Counted from the stretch's first letter, positions 9,785-19,425 are shown. The stretch is DNA of 64,000 nucleotides from Alphaproteobacteria bacterium CG_4_10_14_0_8_um_filter_37_21 (GCA_002791835.1 PFNE01000002.1:30456-94455), one strand, 5' to 3'. Notes: a model not told the origin generated them from the sequence alone. Numbers and translations are program-made.

Positions 9785-9809
9785 AAGGCTTTTCAGCCTT
9801 TTGTTTTTT
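9785..9809 (+). terminator. Orphan rho-independent terminator-like hairpin
   Basis: AAGGCT-tttc-AGCCTT followed by TTGTTTTTT on the plus strand. No annotated plus-strand gene lies upstream (tssF is on the minus strand). Confidence 0.5.
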
Positions 9810-10023
9810 ACAATTTTATGGGCTTAAAGCGGCGAGAGTAGATATCAATCCTATATAGACCAGAAATGGAAGCTATTAAATGTTCAGGTCAAGCACCACC
9901 AAAATCTTTACGACTTTGTATTTGTTGTGTCATTGAATTTTTGATATTTTGCCTAAAAAAATCTATCACGAATTGGTTGACCCTGCTATTCTGTAAACAG
10001 ATTTTTTTTAATTTCATATAAAC

Positions 10024-10947
10024 ATGACAATAACACAAGAACAGTTAGACGATATCAAGCAAGCAAAAGGACAAGAATTTAAAACAAAGCGTCCAACGGT
10101 ACAAGCACTTGAAGACGTATTATATGATGCACATCCAGTTTTAGATCATGGATTTGTTCGTGTTGTAGATTATTTGGGTGATGACAGTGCTATTGTTCAA
10201 GCTGCACGTGTTTCTTACGGTCGTGGTACTAAACAAAAAACACAAGATGCGGGTCTTATAAATTATTTAATGCGTCACCGTCACTCTACCCCATTTGAAA
10301 TGTGTGAAATTAAATTGCATATTAAATTACCTATATTTATTGCGCGTCAATGGATCCGTCATCGTACGGCTAATGTAAATGAATATTCAGCGCGCTATTC
10401 TATTTTAGATAATGAATTTTACATCCCAAAGCACGAACATTTGGCAGCACAGTCTGATGTTAATAATCAAGGGCGTGGTAATTTAATTACAGGTGATGAT
10501 GCAGATAAAGTACTAGATCTTTTAAAGCGTGATGCAGCGCAGTGTTATGATACTTATGAGCATTTGTTAAATGAAGAAAATACAGACCCAGCCCGACAAG
10601 GTTTAGCCCGTGAATTGGCTAGAATGAATTTGCCTGTCAATTTTTACACACAGTGGTATTGGAAGATAGACCTTCATAACTTGCTTCATTTTTTATCGTT
10701 ACGTGCAGATTCTCATGCCCAATACGAAATTGCAGCTTACGCTGAGGTTATGCTAGAAATGGTCAAAAAATGGGTGCCGATCACCTATCAAGCCTTCCTA
10801 GACTACAAAAAAAATAGTGTTCACTTATCTGCTAAAGCCTTTAATGTTTTAAAAAGGCGCTTAAATGGAGAAAAAGTTGAACAAGAAAATTCAGGCTTAA
10901 GCAAGCGCGAGTGGTCAGAAATGATTGATATCATGGAAACTAAATAG
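10024..10947 (+). CDS. thyX: Flavin-dependent thymidylate synthase
   Basis: 307 aa with the ThyX motif RHRHSTPFE and [18 protein letters not shown]. Confidence 0.9.
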   Translation: MTITQEQLDDIKQAKGQEFKTKRPTVQALEDVLYDAHPVLDHGFVRVVDYLGDDSAIVQAARVSYGRGTKQKTQDAGLINYLMRHRHSTPFEMCEIKLHIKLPIFIARQWIRHRTANVNEYSARYSILDNEFYIPKHEHLAAQSDVNNQGRGNLITGDDADKVLDLLKRDAAQCYDTYEHLLNEENTDPARQGLARELARMNLPVNFYTQWYWKIDLHNLLHFLSLRADSHAQYEIAAYAEVMLEMVKKWVPITYQAFLDYKKNSVHLSAKAFNVLKRRLNGEKVEQENSGLSKREWSEMIDIMETK

Positions 10948-10955
10948 TTAAATAT

Positions 10956-12005
10956 ATGAAAAAAAACATCTTAATTTTATGTGGTGGCCCCTCCTCAGAG
11001 CATGAAATATCCATTCGCTCTGCTTACAATATATATAAGTACATGGACACATCTTTATTTAACCCCATTCTTGTGGGAATATCACGTACCCGGCAATTTT
11101 ATACAATCACAAAAAAACAACTTGATGAACTGTATGCAAATTTTGGGTTCGTTGAAGATAATATGTACCCATATGCAAAATTAGATGGGCTTCAAATTGA
11201 TGTTTGCTTCCCAGCTTTGCATGGTGCTGGCGGTGAAGATGGTAGCATTCAAGGATACTTAGAATCATTAAACATTCCCTATGTTGGAAACAATGTTACA
11301 GCATCGGCTATTTGTATGGATAAAGATATTACAAAACGGCTACTTGAATCGCATAATTTGCCTGTTGTGCCTTTTATCACAGCCAAACAAGATGATTTGG
11401 TACCTTATAAAATTGTGTCACAAAAGCTTGGTAAGACTTTGTTTTTAAAGTGCGTTAATCAAGGGTCATCCATCGGCACATATAAGATTCTAAATGAACA
11501 GGAATATAATTTATATTTAAAAGAAGCGTTCACTTTTGGGCCTAAAGTATTAATTGAAAAAGCAATAAAAGGGCGCGAAATTGAATGTGCTATCATTGGA
11601 AACAATAAGCTAGAAGCATCTGTTTTAGGGGAAATTATTCCAAAAAGTAACCACGCTTTTTACGATTATAATGCAAAAAAAAATGACCAGGCGCAGCTTA
11701 TTATTAATGCAAAGATTGATCCGATTATCGAAACAACCATAAAAAATTTGGCAAAAAAGGCTTTTAAAGCATTAGATTGTTCTGGGTTAGCGCGTGTTGA
11801 CTTCTTTCTAACAGATCAAAATGAGGTTTTTATCAATGAAATCAATACACTTCCCGGGTTTACAGAATTTAGCCTTTATCCAAAGCTGTTTTTGCATAAC
11901 GGCATAACTTTTACAGAACTTATCACAAAATTGATTCACTTAGCGGCGGAAAAAACCTTGATGCGCGACGTAATATTACCCTTTAATAGTGAGACTATTT
12001 TATAA
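10956..12005 (+). CDS. ddl: D-alanine--D-alanine ligase
   Basis: 349 aa. GGPSSEHEISIRSA N-terminus, ATP-grasp core, and C-terminal ARVDFF...EINTLPGFT. Confidence 0.85.
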   Translation: MKKNILILCGGPSSEHEISIRSAYNIYKYMDTSLFNPILVGISRTRQFYTITKKQLDELYANFGFVEDNMYPYAKLDGLQIDVCFPALHGAGGEDGSIQGYLESLNIPYVGNNVTASAICMDKDITKRLLESHNLPVVPFITAKQDDLVPYKIVSQKLGKTLFLKCVNQGSSIGTYKILNEQEYNLYLKEAFTFGPKVLIEKAIKGREIECAIIGNNKLEASVLGEIIPKSNHAFYDYNAKKNDQAQLIINAKIDPIIETTIKNLAKKAFKALDCSGLARVDFFLTDQNEVFINEINTLPGFTEFSLYPKLFLHNGITFTELITKLIHLAAEKTLMRDVILPFNSETIL

Positions 12006-12101
12006 AAACCTAGCTTTACTCAACTAAAATATGTATGATCAAATATAATCATTTTTTGACTTGGTTGTACGTTGCCACAACATAAAAAGAAGATATTTTA
12101 G

Positions 12102-12590
12102 ATGACACAAGAACACATTAAGACAACAGTGAAAAAGAAAAACCTTAATACTCCAAGGCATTCTGCGCGTGTTGCAGCTGTGCAAGCATTGTACCAGATG
12201 GAACAATCTGGCGCTGAAAGCACACAAGCTGTACAGGATATGATCACAAGTCGCTTTACAACAACAGCAAGCGAGGGCTACGTAGAACCCGATTTAGATC
12301 TGTTTAAACAGCTTGTGATGGAAGCTTCGTTAAATATAGAAAGTTTAGATGCTATTATCATTCCGTATTTAGCTGAAAACTGGAAAATAGAGCGTTTAGC
12401 AAGTGTTATTCGTATGATTTTGCGTCTTGCAATCTTTGAACTTAAGGAATGCCCTCTCATTCCTAAGACAGTTATTATGAATGAATATATTGAAATTACA
12501 CGGGAGTTTTTTCCTGGTGGCAAAGAAACAAACTTTGTTAATAGCGTCTTAGACAAAACAGCCAAGGCATTGCGGGCACAAACAGCATAA
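12102..12590 (+). CDS. nusB: Transcription antitermination factor NusB
   Basis: 162 aa. ARVAAVQALYQME N-terminal motif; NusB size and helical pattern. Confidence 0.8.
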   Translation: MTQEHIKTTVKKKNLNTPRHSARVAAVQALYQMEQSGAESTQAVQDMITSRFTTTASEGYVEPDLDLFKQLVMEASLNIESLDAIIIPYLAENWKIERLASVIRMILRLAIFELKECPLIPKTVIMNEYIEITREFFPGGKETNFVNSVLDKTAKALRAQTA

Positions 12591-12663
12591 CACGACTTTC
12601 TCAAACAAAAATATGTTATGATCATAGCGTTACTGCATAAAACATAATATTAGGATACAGGAT

Positions 12664-13119
12664 ATGAGTACAGATTTTAAAATTAATAAAGAAGCCGTTC
12701 AAGAACTAGCAAGCATCTTAAAAGAAACTGATTTAACAGAAATCGAGTATGAAACAGAACACGCCTATATTCGTGTGAAGCGCCGTATTCAAACAACACA
12801 AAGCATACACACAGAACCGAAAGTACAAACAACAGTATCTCAGCTATCTGTAGCAAGCGATAAAACGATTGATCCTATTCAGCATCCGGGTTCAGTGAAA
12901 TCTCCAATGGTTGGAACAGCTTATATGGCACCAGACCCAGAATCAGAACCATTTGTAAAAGTTGGAGATATAGTTGAAAAAGGTCAAACCCTTATGATTA
13001 TTGAAGCCATGAAAGTAATGAACCCAATTAAAGCACAAAAAGCAGGCCGTGTAATTGAAATTTTAGTATCAGACACTTATCCTGTTGAGTTTAATGAAGT
13101 TTTATTGGTTATTGAATAA
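12664..13119 (+). CDS. accB: Biotin carboxyl carrier protein of acetyl-CoA carboxylase
   Basis: 151 aa with the biotinyl-lysine motif EAMKVMN near the C-terminus. Directly precedes accC. Confidence 0.9.
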   Translation: MSTDFKINKEAVQELASILKETDLTEIEYETEHAYIRVKRRIQTTQSIHTEPKVQTTVSQLSVASDKTIDPIQHPGSVKSPMVGTAYMAPDPESEPFVKVGDIVEKGQTLMIIEAMKVMNPIKAQKAGRVIEILVSDTYPVEFNEVLLVIE

Positions 13120-14468
13120 TGGGCGTTTTATTTAAAAAAGTACTTATTGCAAACCGTGGTGAAATTGCGGTACGTATCATACGCGCTTGCAAAGAATTAG
13201 ATATTCGAACTGTTGCTATTCACTCAACTGCTGATGCGCAGTCTATGCATGTTAAGCTGGCTGATGAGAGCGTTTGTATTGGACCTGCTGCTGTAAAAGA
13301 TAGTTATCTTAAAATGTCAGCCATTATATCTGCAGCAACAGTTACTGGTGCTGAGGCAATACACCCTGGCTTTGGATTTTTATCTGAAAATGCAGATTTT
13401 GCCGCCATGGTTGAAGAACATGGTATGGTGTTTATTGGCCCAACAGCCGATCATATTAATATGATGGGCGACAAAATAACTGCCAAGAAAACGATGAACA
13501 AACTTGGTGTACCAATTGTACCTGGTTCAAAAGAAGGTGTAGAAACCACTGAACAAGCAATAAAGTCAGCAAAAAAAATTGGCTATCCTGTTATTATTAA
13601 AGCCACAAGTGGTGGTGGTGGTAAGGGTATGAAAATTGCTAACAATAGCGATGAAATTACCCATGCCTACAAAATTGCCCGTTCAGAAGCCAAATCTAAC
13701 TTTGGCAATGACCAGGTTTATATTGAACGCTATTTAAAAAAACCACGCCATATTGAAATTCAAATTTTAGCTGACCAACACGGTAATGTTGTTAATCTTG
13801 GAGAACGTGACTGTTCCATACAACGTCGTCACCAAAAAATTTGGGAAGAAGCGCTTTCCCCAGCCCTTACGTCAAAGGAACGTGCGTATCTTGGAAAAAT
13901 TGTGAACAAGGCAATTGGGAAAATGGGATATAGGGGACTAGGTACGTTAGAATTTCTATATGAAAAAGGCGATTTTTTCTTCATGGAAATGAATACCCGT
14001 ATCCAGGTTGAACACCCAATAACAGAAATGGTAACTGGTATTGATCTTGTTAAAGAACAAATTCGCGTTGCAGCAGGCTTTGCCCTACCCTTTACGCAAG
14101 ATGATATTAAATTTACAGGGCACGCCATTGAATGCCGCATTAATGCAGAATGCCCGGAAACTTTTATTCCATCTCCTGGAAAAATTGAGGTTTACCACGC
14201 CCCTGGTGGATATGGTGTTCGTGTTGACAGCCACATGTACCAAGGTTATACCGTGCCACCATATTATGACAGTATGATAGCAAAATTAATTGTTCATGGA
14301 ACCTCACGCGAGGAAGCCATTGCACGCATGAAACGGGCTTTACAAGAATTTGTGATTACAGGCATTAAGACCTCAATTCCACTCCATCTAAAACTGGTTG
14401 ACAATCAACACATTATATTAGGTGATTATGATATTCATTGGCTGGAAAATAATTTATCACATCTGTAG
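13119..14468 (+). CDS. accC: Biotin carboxylase subunit of acetyl-CoA carboxylase
   Basis: 449 aa. KVLIANRGEIAVRIIRAC, GGGGKGM and EMNTRIQVEHPITE motifs. Confidence 0.92.
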   Translation: MGVLFKKVLIANRGEIAVRIIRACKELDIRTVAIHSTADAQSMHVKLADESVCIGPAAVKDSYLKMSAIISAATVTGAEAIHPGFGFLSENADFAAMVEEHGMVFIGPTADHINMMGDKITAKKTMNKLGVPIVPGSKEGVETTEQAIKSAKKIGYPVIIKATSGGGGKGMKIANNSDEITHAYKIARSEAKSNFGNDQVYIERYLKKPRHIEIQILADQHGNVVNLGERDCSIQRRHQKIWEEALSPALTSKERAYLGKIVNKAIGKMGYRGLGTLEFLYEKGDFFFMEMNTRIQVEHPITEMVTGIDLVKEQIRVAAGFALPFTQDDIKFTGHAIECRINAECPETFIPSPGKIEVYHAPGGYGVRVDSHMYQGYTVPPYYDSMIAKLIVHGTSREEAIARMKRALQEFVITGIKTSIPLHLKLVDNQHIILGDYDIHWLENNLSHL

Positions 14469-14512
14469 ATCGTTTTCTTCAAAGCTGTATATCTCCCTAT
14501 ATACATTAAATA

Positions 14513-14553
14513 CAAAAAAAAACCACCATATGAAATATATTACATACGGTGGT
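14513..14553 (-). terminator. Strong rho-independent terminator (minus strand), not attached to an annotated gene
   Basis: In the minus sense this reads ACCACCGTATG-taatatattt-CATATGGTGGT, an 11-bp stem with one G-U pair, followed by a run of 9 T. On the plus-strand RNA that position is an A-C mismatch and no T run follows, so the element is polar to the minus strand. Confidence 0.65.
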
Positions 14554-14823
14554 CTATATCTTCGTAATGGAGCACTTTGTTCGGCAGGGTGTATTGTCGC
14601 CGCCTGCTCTAGCCAAAACTATAAAATTTTCACAACAGATTCAAAATTGTCAAATGCATTTACCAGTTTATTAAATTTGCGATTATTTTGCCTTAAAGCT
14701 TTTAAGTAAACAAACCGCCTTTTATCTAAAAATTGCAAAAAAAAACATCTGACTGTTGGATATCAGCATATTGATTTTCACAGTTAATTTTTCACAACCA
14801 AAAACATTAATTAATAAGGATAC

Positions 14824-14846
14824 AAAAAACAGGAATACCTTTCCTG
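14824..14846 (-). terminator. clpX rho-independent terminator
   Basis: In the minus sense, CAGGAA-aggta-TTCCTG followed by TTTTTT, starting 7 nt after the clpX stop codon. Confidence 0.7.
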
Positions 14847-14853
14847 AAAATCT

Positions 14854-16125
14854 TTATGCACCAGATGCTATTTTCTTTTTCTTTGGTTTAGGTGCCTCTA
14901 TCGTTTCTGGTTTGGCGTTACCTTTCACGACGTCATCATTTACGATCACCTCTGTAATATTTTCATAAGATGGTAAATCATACATTGTATCAAGCAATAT
15001 GCTTTCTAGAATTGCACGCAAACCACGTGCACCTGTTTTGCGCTGTAGGGCTTTTTTTGCAATTTCCAAAAGTGCTTTATCTGTAAAAGTTAATTCTACT
15101 TCTTCCATTTCAAATAACTTACTATATTGCTTTGTAAGGGCATTTTTTGGCTGCGTCAGAATTTGAACCAGTGCATCAGTATCTAGGTCTTCTAATGTTG
15201 CAATAACAGGCAAACGACCAACAAATTCAGGAATCAAGCCAAACTTCAACAAATCTTCAGGTTCTAGATTTTTTAAAATATCGCCTGTGGTTCTTTCTTC
15301 TGTTGTTTTGACATCCGCACCAAAACCAATACCAACACCTCTACCGCGAGCAGCGATCAGCTTGTCTAGTCCGGCAAAGGCACCACTACATATGAATAAG
15401 ATATTTGTCGTGTCAACTTGTAAAAATTCTTGTTGAGGATGCTTGCGACCACCTTGTGGCGGTACAGAGGCAATCGTACCTTCCATAATTTTTAGAAGTG
15501 CCTGCTGCACACCTTCACCAGATACATCACGTGTAATAGAGGGGTTGTCAGATTTTCTTGAAATTTTATCTACTTCATCAATGTAGACAATGCCCCGTTG
15601 TGCTTTTTCTACGTTATAATCCGCAGCTTGTAATAATTTTAAAATGATATTTTCAACATCTTCACCAACATAACCTGCTTCAGTCAAGCTTGTGGCATCT
15701 GCCATTGTAAAGGGAACATCAATAATGCGCGCTAATGTTTGTGCCAAGAGTGTTTTTCCGCATCCCGTTGGACCAACAAGCAAAATATTAGACTTAGAAA
15801 CTTCAACGTCACTGTTTTTATCTTCAAAATCCAAACGTTTGTAATGGTTGTGAACAGCAACAGATAACACGCGCTTTGCATGTTCTTGCCCAATTACATA
15901 ATCGTCTAAAATTGTGGAAATTTCTTTAGGTGTTGGCAAGCCATTTGTTAATGCTAACTTGCTTGAAGTAAGTTCTTCGCGAATAATATCAGTACAAAGA
16001 TCTACGCATTCATCGCAAATAAAGACTGTAGGGCCTGCAATTAATTTTTTCACTTCATGCTGACTTTTGCCACAAAATGAACAGTGTAATACTCCTTTGG
16101 AATCTGAACCGGAGTTTCTTGACAT
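14854..16125 (-). CDS. clpX: ATP-dependent Clp protease ATP-binding subunit ClpX
   Basis: 423 aa. N-terminal zinc finger CSFCGK...CDECVDLC, Walker A GPTGCGKT, and an IGFG loop. Confidence 0.95.
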   Translation of the reverse strand: MSRNSGSDSKGVLHCSFCGKSQHEVKKLIAGPTVFICDECVDLCTDIIREELTSSKLALTNGLPTPKEISTILDDYVIGQEHAKRVLSVAVHNHYKRLDFEDKNSDVEVSKSNILLVGPTGCGKTLLAQTLARIIDVPFTMADATSLTEAGYVGEDVENIILKLLQAADYNVEKAQRGIVYIDEVDKISRKSDNPSITRDVSGEGVQQALLKIMEGTIASVPPQGGRKHPQQEFLQVDTTNILFICSGAFAGLDKLIAARGRGVGIGFGADVKTTEERTTGDILKNLEPEDLLKFGLIPEFVGRLPVIATLEDLDTDALVQILTQPKNALTKQYSKLFEMEEVELTFTDKALLEIAKKALQRKTGARGLRAILESILLDTMYDLPSYENITEVIVNDDVVKGNAKPETIEAPKPKKKKIASGA

Positions 16126-16317
16126 ACGCGCCCCTTAAATTTCTTGTATTTTTTTCTTATACTTTCATGATGACAGGTAAAAGATAAACAAATTATTAAA
16201 ATCTACACCAACAATATAAGATTATAACAAATTTTTGAAAACTAAACCATGCAGAAAATAAAGGGTTTTAGTGTTTTTTGCATTTCATCGACATACTAAA
16301 AAATATTCACTCTAACA

Positions 16318-16854
16318 TTAAAGTTGATCAATAATGGCTGCCATATTTTCATCTTTTTGTCGACTCCCCTTAGATGATCCAAATTCAAAAGAATATGCAT
16401 CTTTCAAACAAGCACCAAAAATACCAGATATTGTTGAAATTATTGCAACAGCCTCACCGGGTAGGCCTTCTTTTGAAAACAAACATAAAGAACACAAACA
16501 AGTACCTAAACCTAAAACAGCGCTCAAAACCATAATATCTGCCCGGCGATTCGTTCTACCCGTTACAGCAAGTAGCTGAGCGTCACGCTTTCTTGCCTCT
16601 TGCCTATCGTGAATTAAAGACAGTTCAACTTCGGTTTCCATAGCACATAATTCTTTTTGAAATGAACATGCTTTATCTGGGTTATCCCTTAAATGAGAAA
16701 TAATTCCCTGAATATCATCCATTCCTGTTAGTTTTTTAGCTATATCTGTCACACGTGATGCAATTGTCTCTGTTCGATCTCCGCCGAACCATTTCCCAAG
16801 CATGGGTGCAAATTCTACTAACCCCAGGGCAGCTAATGATAATGGAAAAGTCAT
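16318..16854 (-). CDS. Putative holin (3-TM, GTA-release-holin-like)
   Basis: 178 aa. An amphipathic N-terminus, a charged central helix, and 2 clear C-terminal TM segments (IMVLSAVLGLGTCLCSLCLF, AVAIISTISGIFGACL). The tail FEFGSSKGSRQKD resembles the FGSSxGSxxK ending I recall for this holin family. It lies directly downstream of the lysin. Confidence 0.5.
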   Translation of the reverse strand: MTFPLSLAALGLVEFAPMLGKWFGGDRTETIASRVTDIAKKLTGMDDIQGIISHLRDNPDKACSFQKELCAMETEVELSLIHDRQEARKRDAQLLAVTGRTNRRADIMVLSAVLGLGTCLCSLCLFSKEGLPGEAVAIISTISGIFGACLKDAYSFEFGSSKGSRQKDENMAAIIDQL

Positions 16855-16863
16855 AGTAAACTC

Positions 16864-17286
16864 CTATAATTTATAAAATATATGATTGCCAATTTGACAA
16901 GTTGGCCGTTTTTTCACCGTCCACGATGGGAATAATTTTCGGTGATGATAATGATTAGCACCATGCGTAACATCTGCAACCGCATCACCACACACTAAAA
17001 ATTGATCCGCAATTTTTAAACACACATCAAAAACACGACATGTAATGTTTGGTGCTAATAAAATAGCCAAATTTGGATCACCCTTATTCCAGCAAGAAAA
17101 TTGCCAACTTTTAAGGCACACTTCCTTAATAGTTCGTCCATACCAGCTTTGTGCTTTGAATCTGTTGATAATTGTATTGGCAACAGCCTTCAAAGAAGCA
17201 TCGCCAAATTTAGCGACTTCCCCCCTGGCCTCTCCGTATAAAGTGCGGGCAAAAACTTCTTTTTCACTTAAGTTATTAATCGTCAT
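16864..17286 (-). CDS. Cell-wall hydrolase, SleB/Hydrolase_2 family (endolysin)
   Basis: Motifs ARTLYGEARGE, QFSCWN, THGANHYH, PSW and IGNHIFY match SleB-type hydrolases. The likely start is the ATG at 17286 (MTINNLSEKE), which overlaps the upstream ORF stop as ATGACGATTAA. The track ORF extends to 17328. Confidence 0.75.
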   Translation of the reverse strand: MTINNLSEKEVFARTLYGEARGEVAKFGDASLKAVANTIINRFKAQSWYGRTIKEVCLKSWQFSCWNKGDPNLAILLAPNITCRVFDVCLKIADQFLVCGDAVADVTHGANHYHHRKLFPSWTVKKRPTCQIGNHIFYKL

Positions 17287-17773
17287 TTTCAATCTCCCGA
17301 CAGTGAATATGAATAAATCCTGTGGCAATATCTTTGATGAAAAAAGATGAATATTTTTTCATGAAATTATTTTTATTATCAACAAAAAAAGAAAACCCTC
17401 CATTCATTAATTCAACTCCTAGTTGTTTTCCACTTTGACTATTGGAAAGCTTTATGACAGGATTTCCATCAATAAAATCAACAGAAAAATTCCGTTGCCC
17501 CACTTGACACGTACTTTTATCCATGCTATAAGTAGCACCGTAACTCCATAGTGATTGTTCCCCAGCTTTTTGTTGGGGCAATCTTTTTTCCCCAACTTTT
17601 ACAATACCTTTCCTTAAAACATCATAGTTCTTCTCTATTAAAATTTCTGGAATAGCACAATTTCTGACCCAATCTTGGGATTTACCTTCCTCAACAATAA
17701 TATGTTCATAAACAATTTTAATTTTAGACATACACCGCGGTAAATTTAAGGCATCTCGCTTATATAAAGGCAA
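17276..17773 (-). CDS. Hypothetical protein (ORFan), translationally coupled to the lysin gene
   Basis: 165-aa track ORF with a TTG start. The first ATG, at 17731, gives MSKIKIVYEH. No recognisable motif. Its frame is open from 17812 and overlaps the upstream 89-aa ORF in the -1 register. Confidence 0.5.
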   Translation of the reverse strand: MPLYKRDALNLPRCMSKIKIVYEHIIVEEGKSQDWVRNCAIPEILIEKNYDVLRKGIVKVGEKRLPQQKAGEQSLWSYGATYSMDKSTCQVGQRNFSVDFIDGNPVIKLSNSQSGKQLGVELMNGGFSFFVDNKNNFMKKYSSFFIKDIATGFIHIHCREIENDD

Positions 17774-18015
17774 TAAAGTGCCCCCCTTGCATCTACCAAC
17801 ACATCTGGATTCTCATAATATGTTGGCTGAACCCGCGCTTGTATAATAATAATTGGTGGCAAGTCAGAATCATTGTCCGCCATATTAAAATCAAAATCAT
17901 CAGGTGGCCTTAAAGCGTAAGATACATTGTCATCAATATCGCCAGCATCACTTTCAAAAATTTGACCTGCAGATTCCTTTAAAAAAACTTTATTTAATCG
18001 ATTGCGCCAATACAT
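17746..18015 (-). CDS. Hypothetical acidic protein (ORFan)
   Basis: 89 aa with an Asp-rich centre (DAGDIDDN...PPDDFDFNMADNDSD). It begins about 25 nt after a terminator-like hairpin. Its 3' end overlaps the next ORF across a G6 run. Confidence 0.45.
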   Translation of the reverse strand: MYWRNRLNKVFLKESAGQIFESDAGDIDDNVSYALRPPDDFDFNMADNDSDLPPIIIIQARVQPTYYENPDVLVDARGALYCLYISEMP

Positions 18016-18042
18016 GAGTATTTCCTTTCAAAAAATTGATAT

Positions 18043-18071
18043 AAAAAAACCGTTCCAAATTCATGAAGCGG
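18043..18071 (-). terminator. Rho-independent terminator-like hairpin inside the phage-derived locus
   Basis: In the minus sense, CCG(C)TTC-atgaatttg-GAACGG followed by TTTTTTT. It lies about 200 nt downstream of the 372-aa ORF and just upstream of the 89-aa ORF. Confidence 0.5.
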
Positions 18072-18275
18072 ATTTGTTGTGACCAGTGGACTAAATTATT
18101 TAAATACCTCTAACTGTTTATATTAATTGCAGCATCTTCAATATCCTTTAATCCCATCCATACTTTTCCTTTTAAACTTGTGATCGTTATACAGACAAAA
18201 TATTATGCTGTTTATGTATTGAATAATTTGTTAAAAAAATGTTATACGCAGTCTGCTAAGGAAGATAAAAACAAA

Positions 18276-19394
18276 TCAATTCTTAACAATTTCATAATTA
18301 CGGGAAAAAATTTGCTTATTTGTGAGGTCATGTAAGTCTAAATATATTTCAGTTAAATTTTCTTTCAACACATTAACTAAATCTGTTTTAGACGCAAACT
18401 CTCTATTTTGCATGCTTTTTCCTTGTTGGCAGGCAGCATTTCTAACTGAAACACATTTTATTAAATGTTCAGGCTCTATGTGGGTTGTATTCGGTACACC
18501 TGGATCCTGTTTTTCTTCTTTGTTTTTTGCAACCCCCTGAACACTATGTTGCAAACTATTTCTAATATTTTCCAAATTTACAGTCTCTTTTGAAAAATTT
18601 ATCCATAAAGTTGTTTTCGCATGTTCACAATCACAAAAACTTTTCAACCTAGATATTCTACCCTTAATAACCTCTGTTGTACTTTTTGTAAAAGTAACAG
18701 TATCGCCAATTGTATATTTAAGGCTACAAACAAATGGAACGTCCACTTTTAATAGATACGCCTGTCTAGACTGAAACCCCGCATAAATACTTTGCTCTAC
18801 AGCCTGCTGTATGGCTAAATACCCAGTTTTAGTATCAAGAAATGTATCACTTCCGTCAAAAATCACATCTTTTTTAACTTTAAAATCAAATACTTTACAT
18901 GCTTCAGTGCTGTCGGCCTGGAGTAGTGGAACATAATGATCACTTTGCCAACGTAAAAGTATCTCTATTTTTTCTTTCCGCTTATAGGCGCACGACCACT
19001 GAACCCAAAAATGCCCTTTATACTCTTGAACAGGTAAAAAAAATTTTCTGCCCTGAATATTTACAGGAATAGTGTCATTTTTTGTTGTTGAACACCGCAC
19101 CAATTTAGAAGACAAAACCGTATACCCTGTTTTGCGTGCCATTTTTTTGCCCAGTGTTTGCCCAATACTTGGAAAAGAAGCCTTTAATGCATCGCCCGTC
19201 AGACTCAATACACGCCTGTCAGGAAATGCATTTTTAATATAAGGAAATAAATTAATAGCCCCCTGTCCCTTTTGTACCCACATGGCACGTACCACAATTT
19301 TTATTCTATGTAACGGCGCGCGTATTTGCTCAATTGCTGCAGTGTCCATTAAAACGTAGGGTGTTATATCCTTACCCACATCATGGGGCAGCAT
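18276..19394 (-). CDS. Hypothetical protein (372-aa ORFan in phage-derived locus)
   Basis: Long intact ORF 31 nt downstream of the 110-aa ORF. The sequence looks beta-rich. No P-loop, no coiled-coil tape-measure character and no portal motifs are recognisable. Confidence 0.55.
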   Translation of the reverse strand: MLPHDVGKDITPYVLMDTAAIEQIRAPLHRIKIVVRAMWVQKGQGAINLFPYIKNAFPDRRVLSLTGDALKASFPSIGQTLGKKMARKTGYTVLSSKLVRCSTTKNDTIPVNIQGRKFFLPVQEYKGHFWVQWSCAYKRKEKIEILLRWQSDHYVPLLQADSTEACKVFDFKVKKDVIFDGSDTFLDTKTGYLAIQQAVEQSIYAGFQSRQAYLLKVDVPFVCSLKYTIGDTVTFTKSTTEVIKGRISRLKSFCDCEHAKTTLWINFSKETVNLENIRNSLQHSVQGVAKNKEEKQDPGVPNTTHIEPEHLIKCVSVRNAACQQGKSMQNREFASKTDLVNVLKENLTEIYLDLHDLTNKQIFSRNYEIVKN

Positions 19395-19425
19395 AGATAT
19401 ATTTTTACAGTCATGAGAGATAGGG

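Noticed and set aside
14554-14823. Known RNA families in the accC-clpX spacer: SRP 4.5S RNA, or the tmRNA tag piece.
   Set aside because: There is no GGAA-tetraloop/AGCAGCC helix-8 motif. The only GCA-initiated mini-frame (ANLINW*) lacks the usual ...AA tag ending. I therefore left it as an unknown transcript only.
14422-14968. Track ORFs 14422-14709 (95 aa) and 14756-14968 (70 aa) as real genes in the accC-clpX spacer.
   Set aside because: The first overlaps the accC 3' end and runs through a terminator hairpin without an SD. The second overlaps the clpX 3' end on the opposite strand. Both have shadow-ORF composition.
18276-19394. The 372-aa ORF as the missing portal, large terminase or tape-measure protein.
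   Set aside because: It has no Walker A/B or nuclease motifs (terminase), no portal-like conserved core, and a beta-rich sequence with no heptad or coiled-coil character (tape measure).
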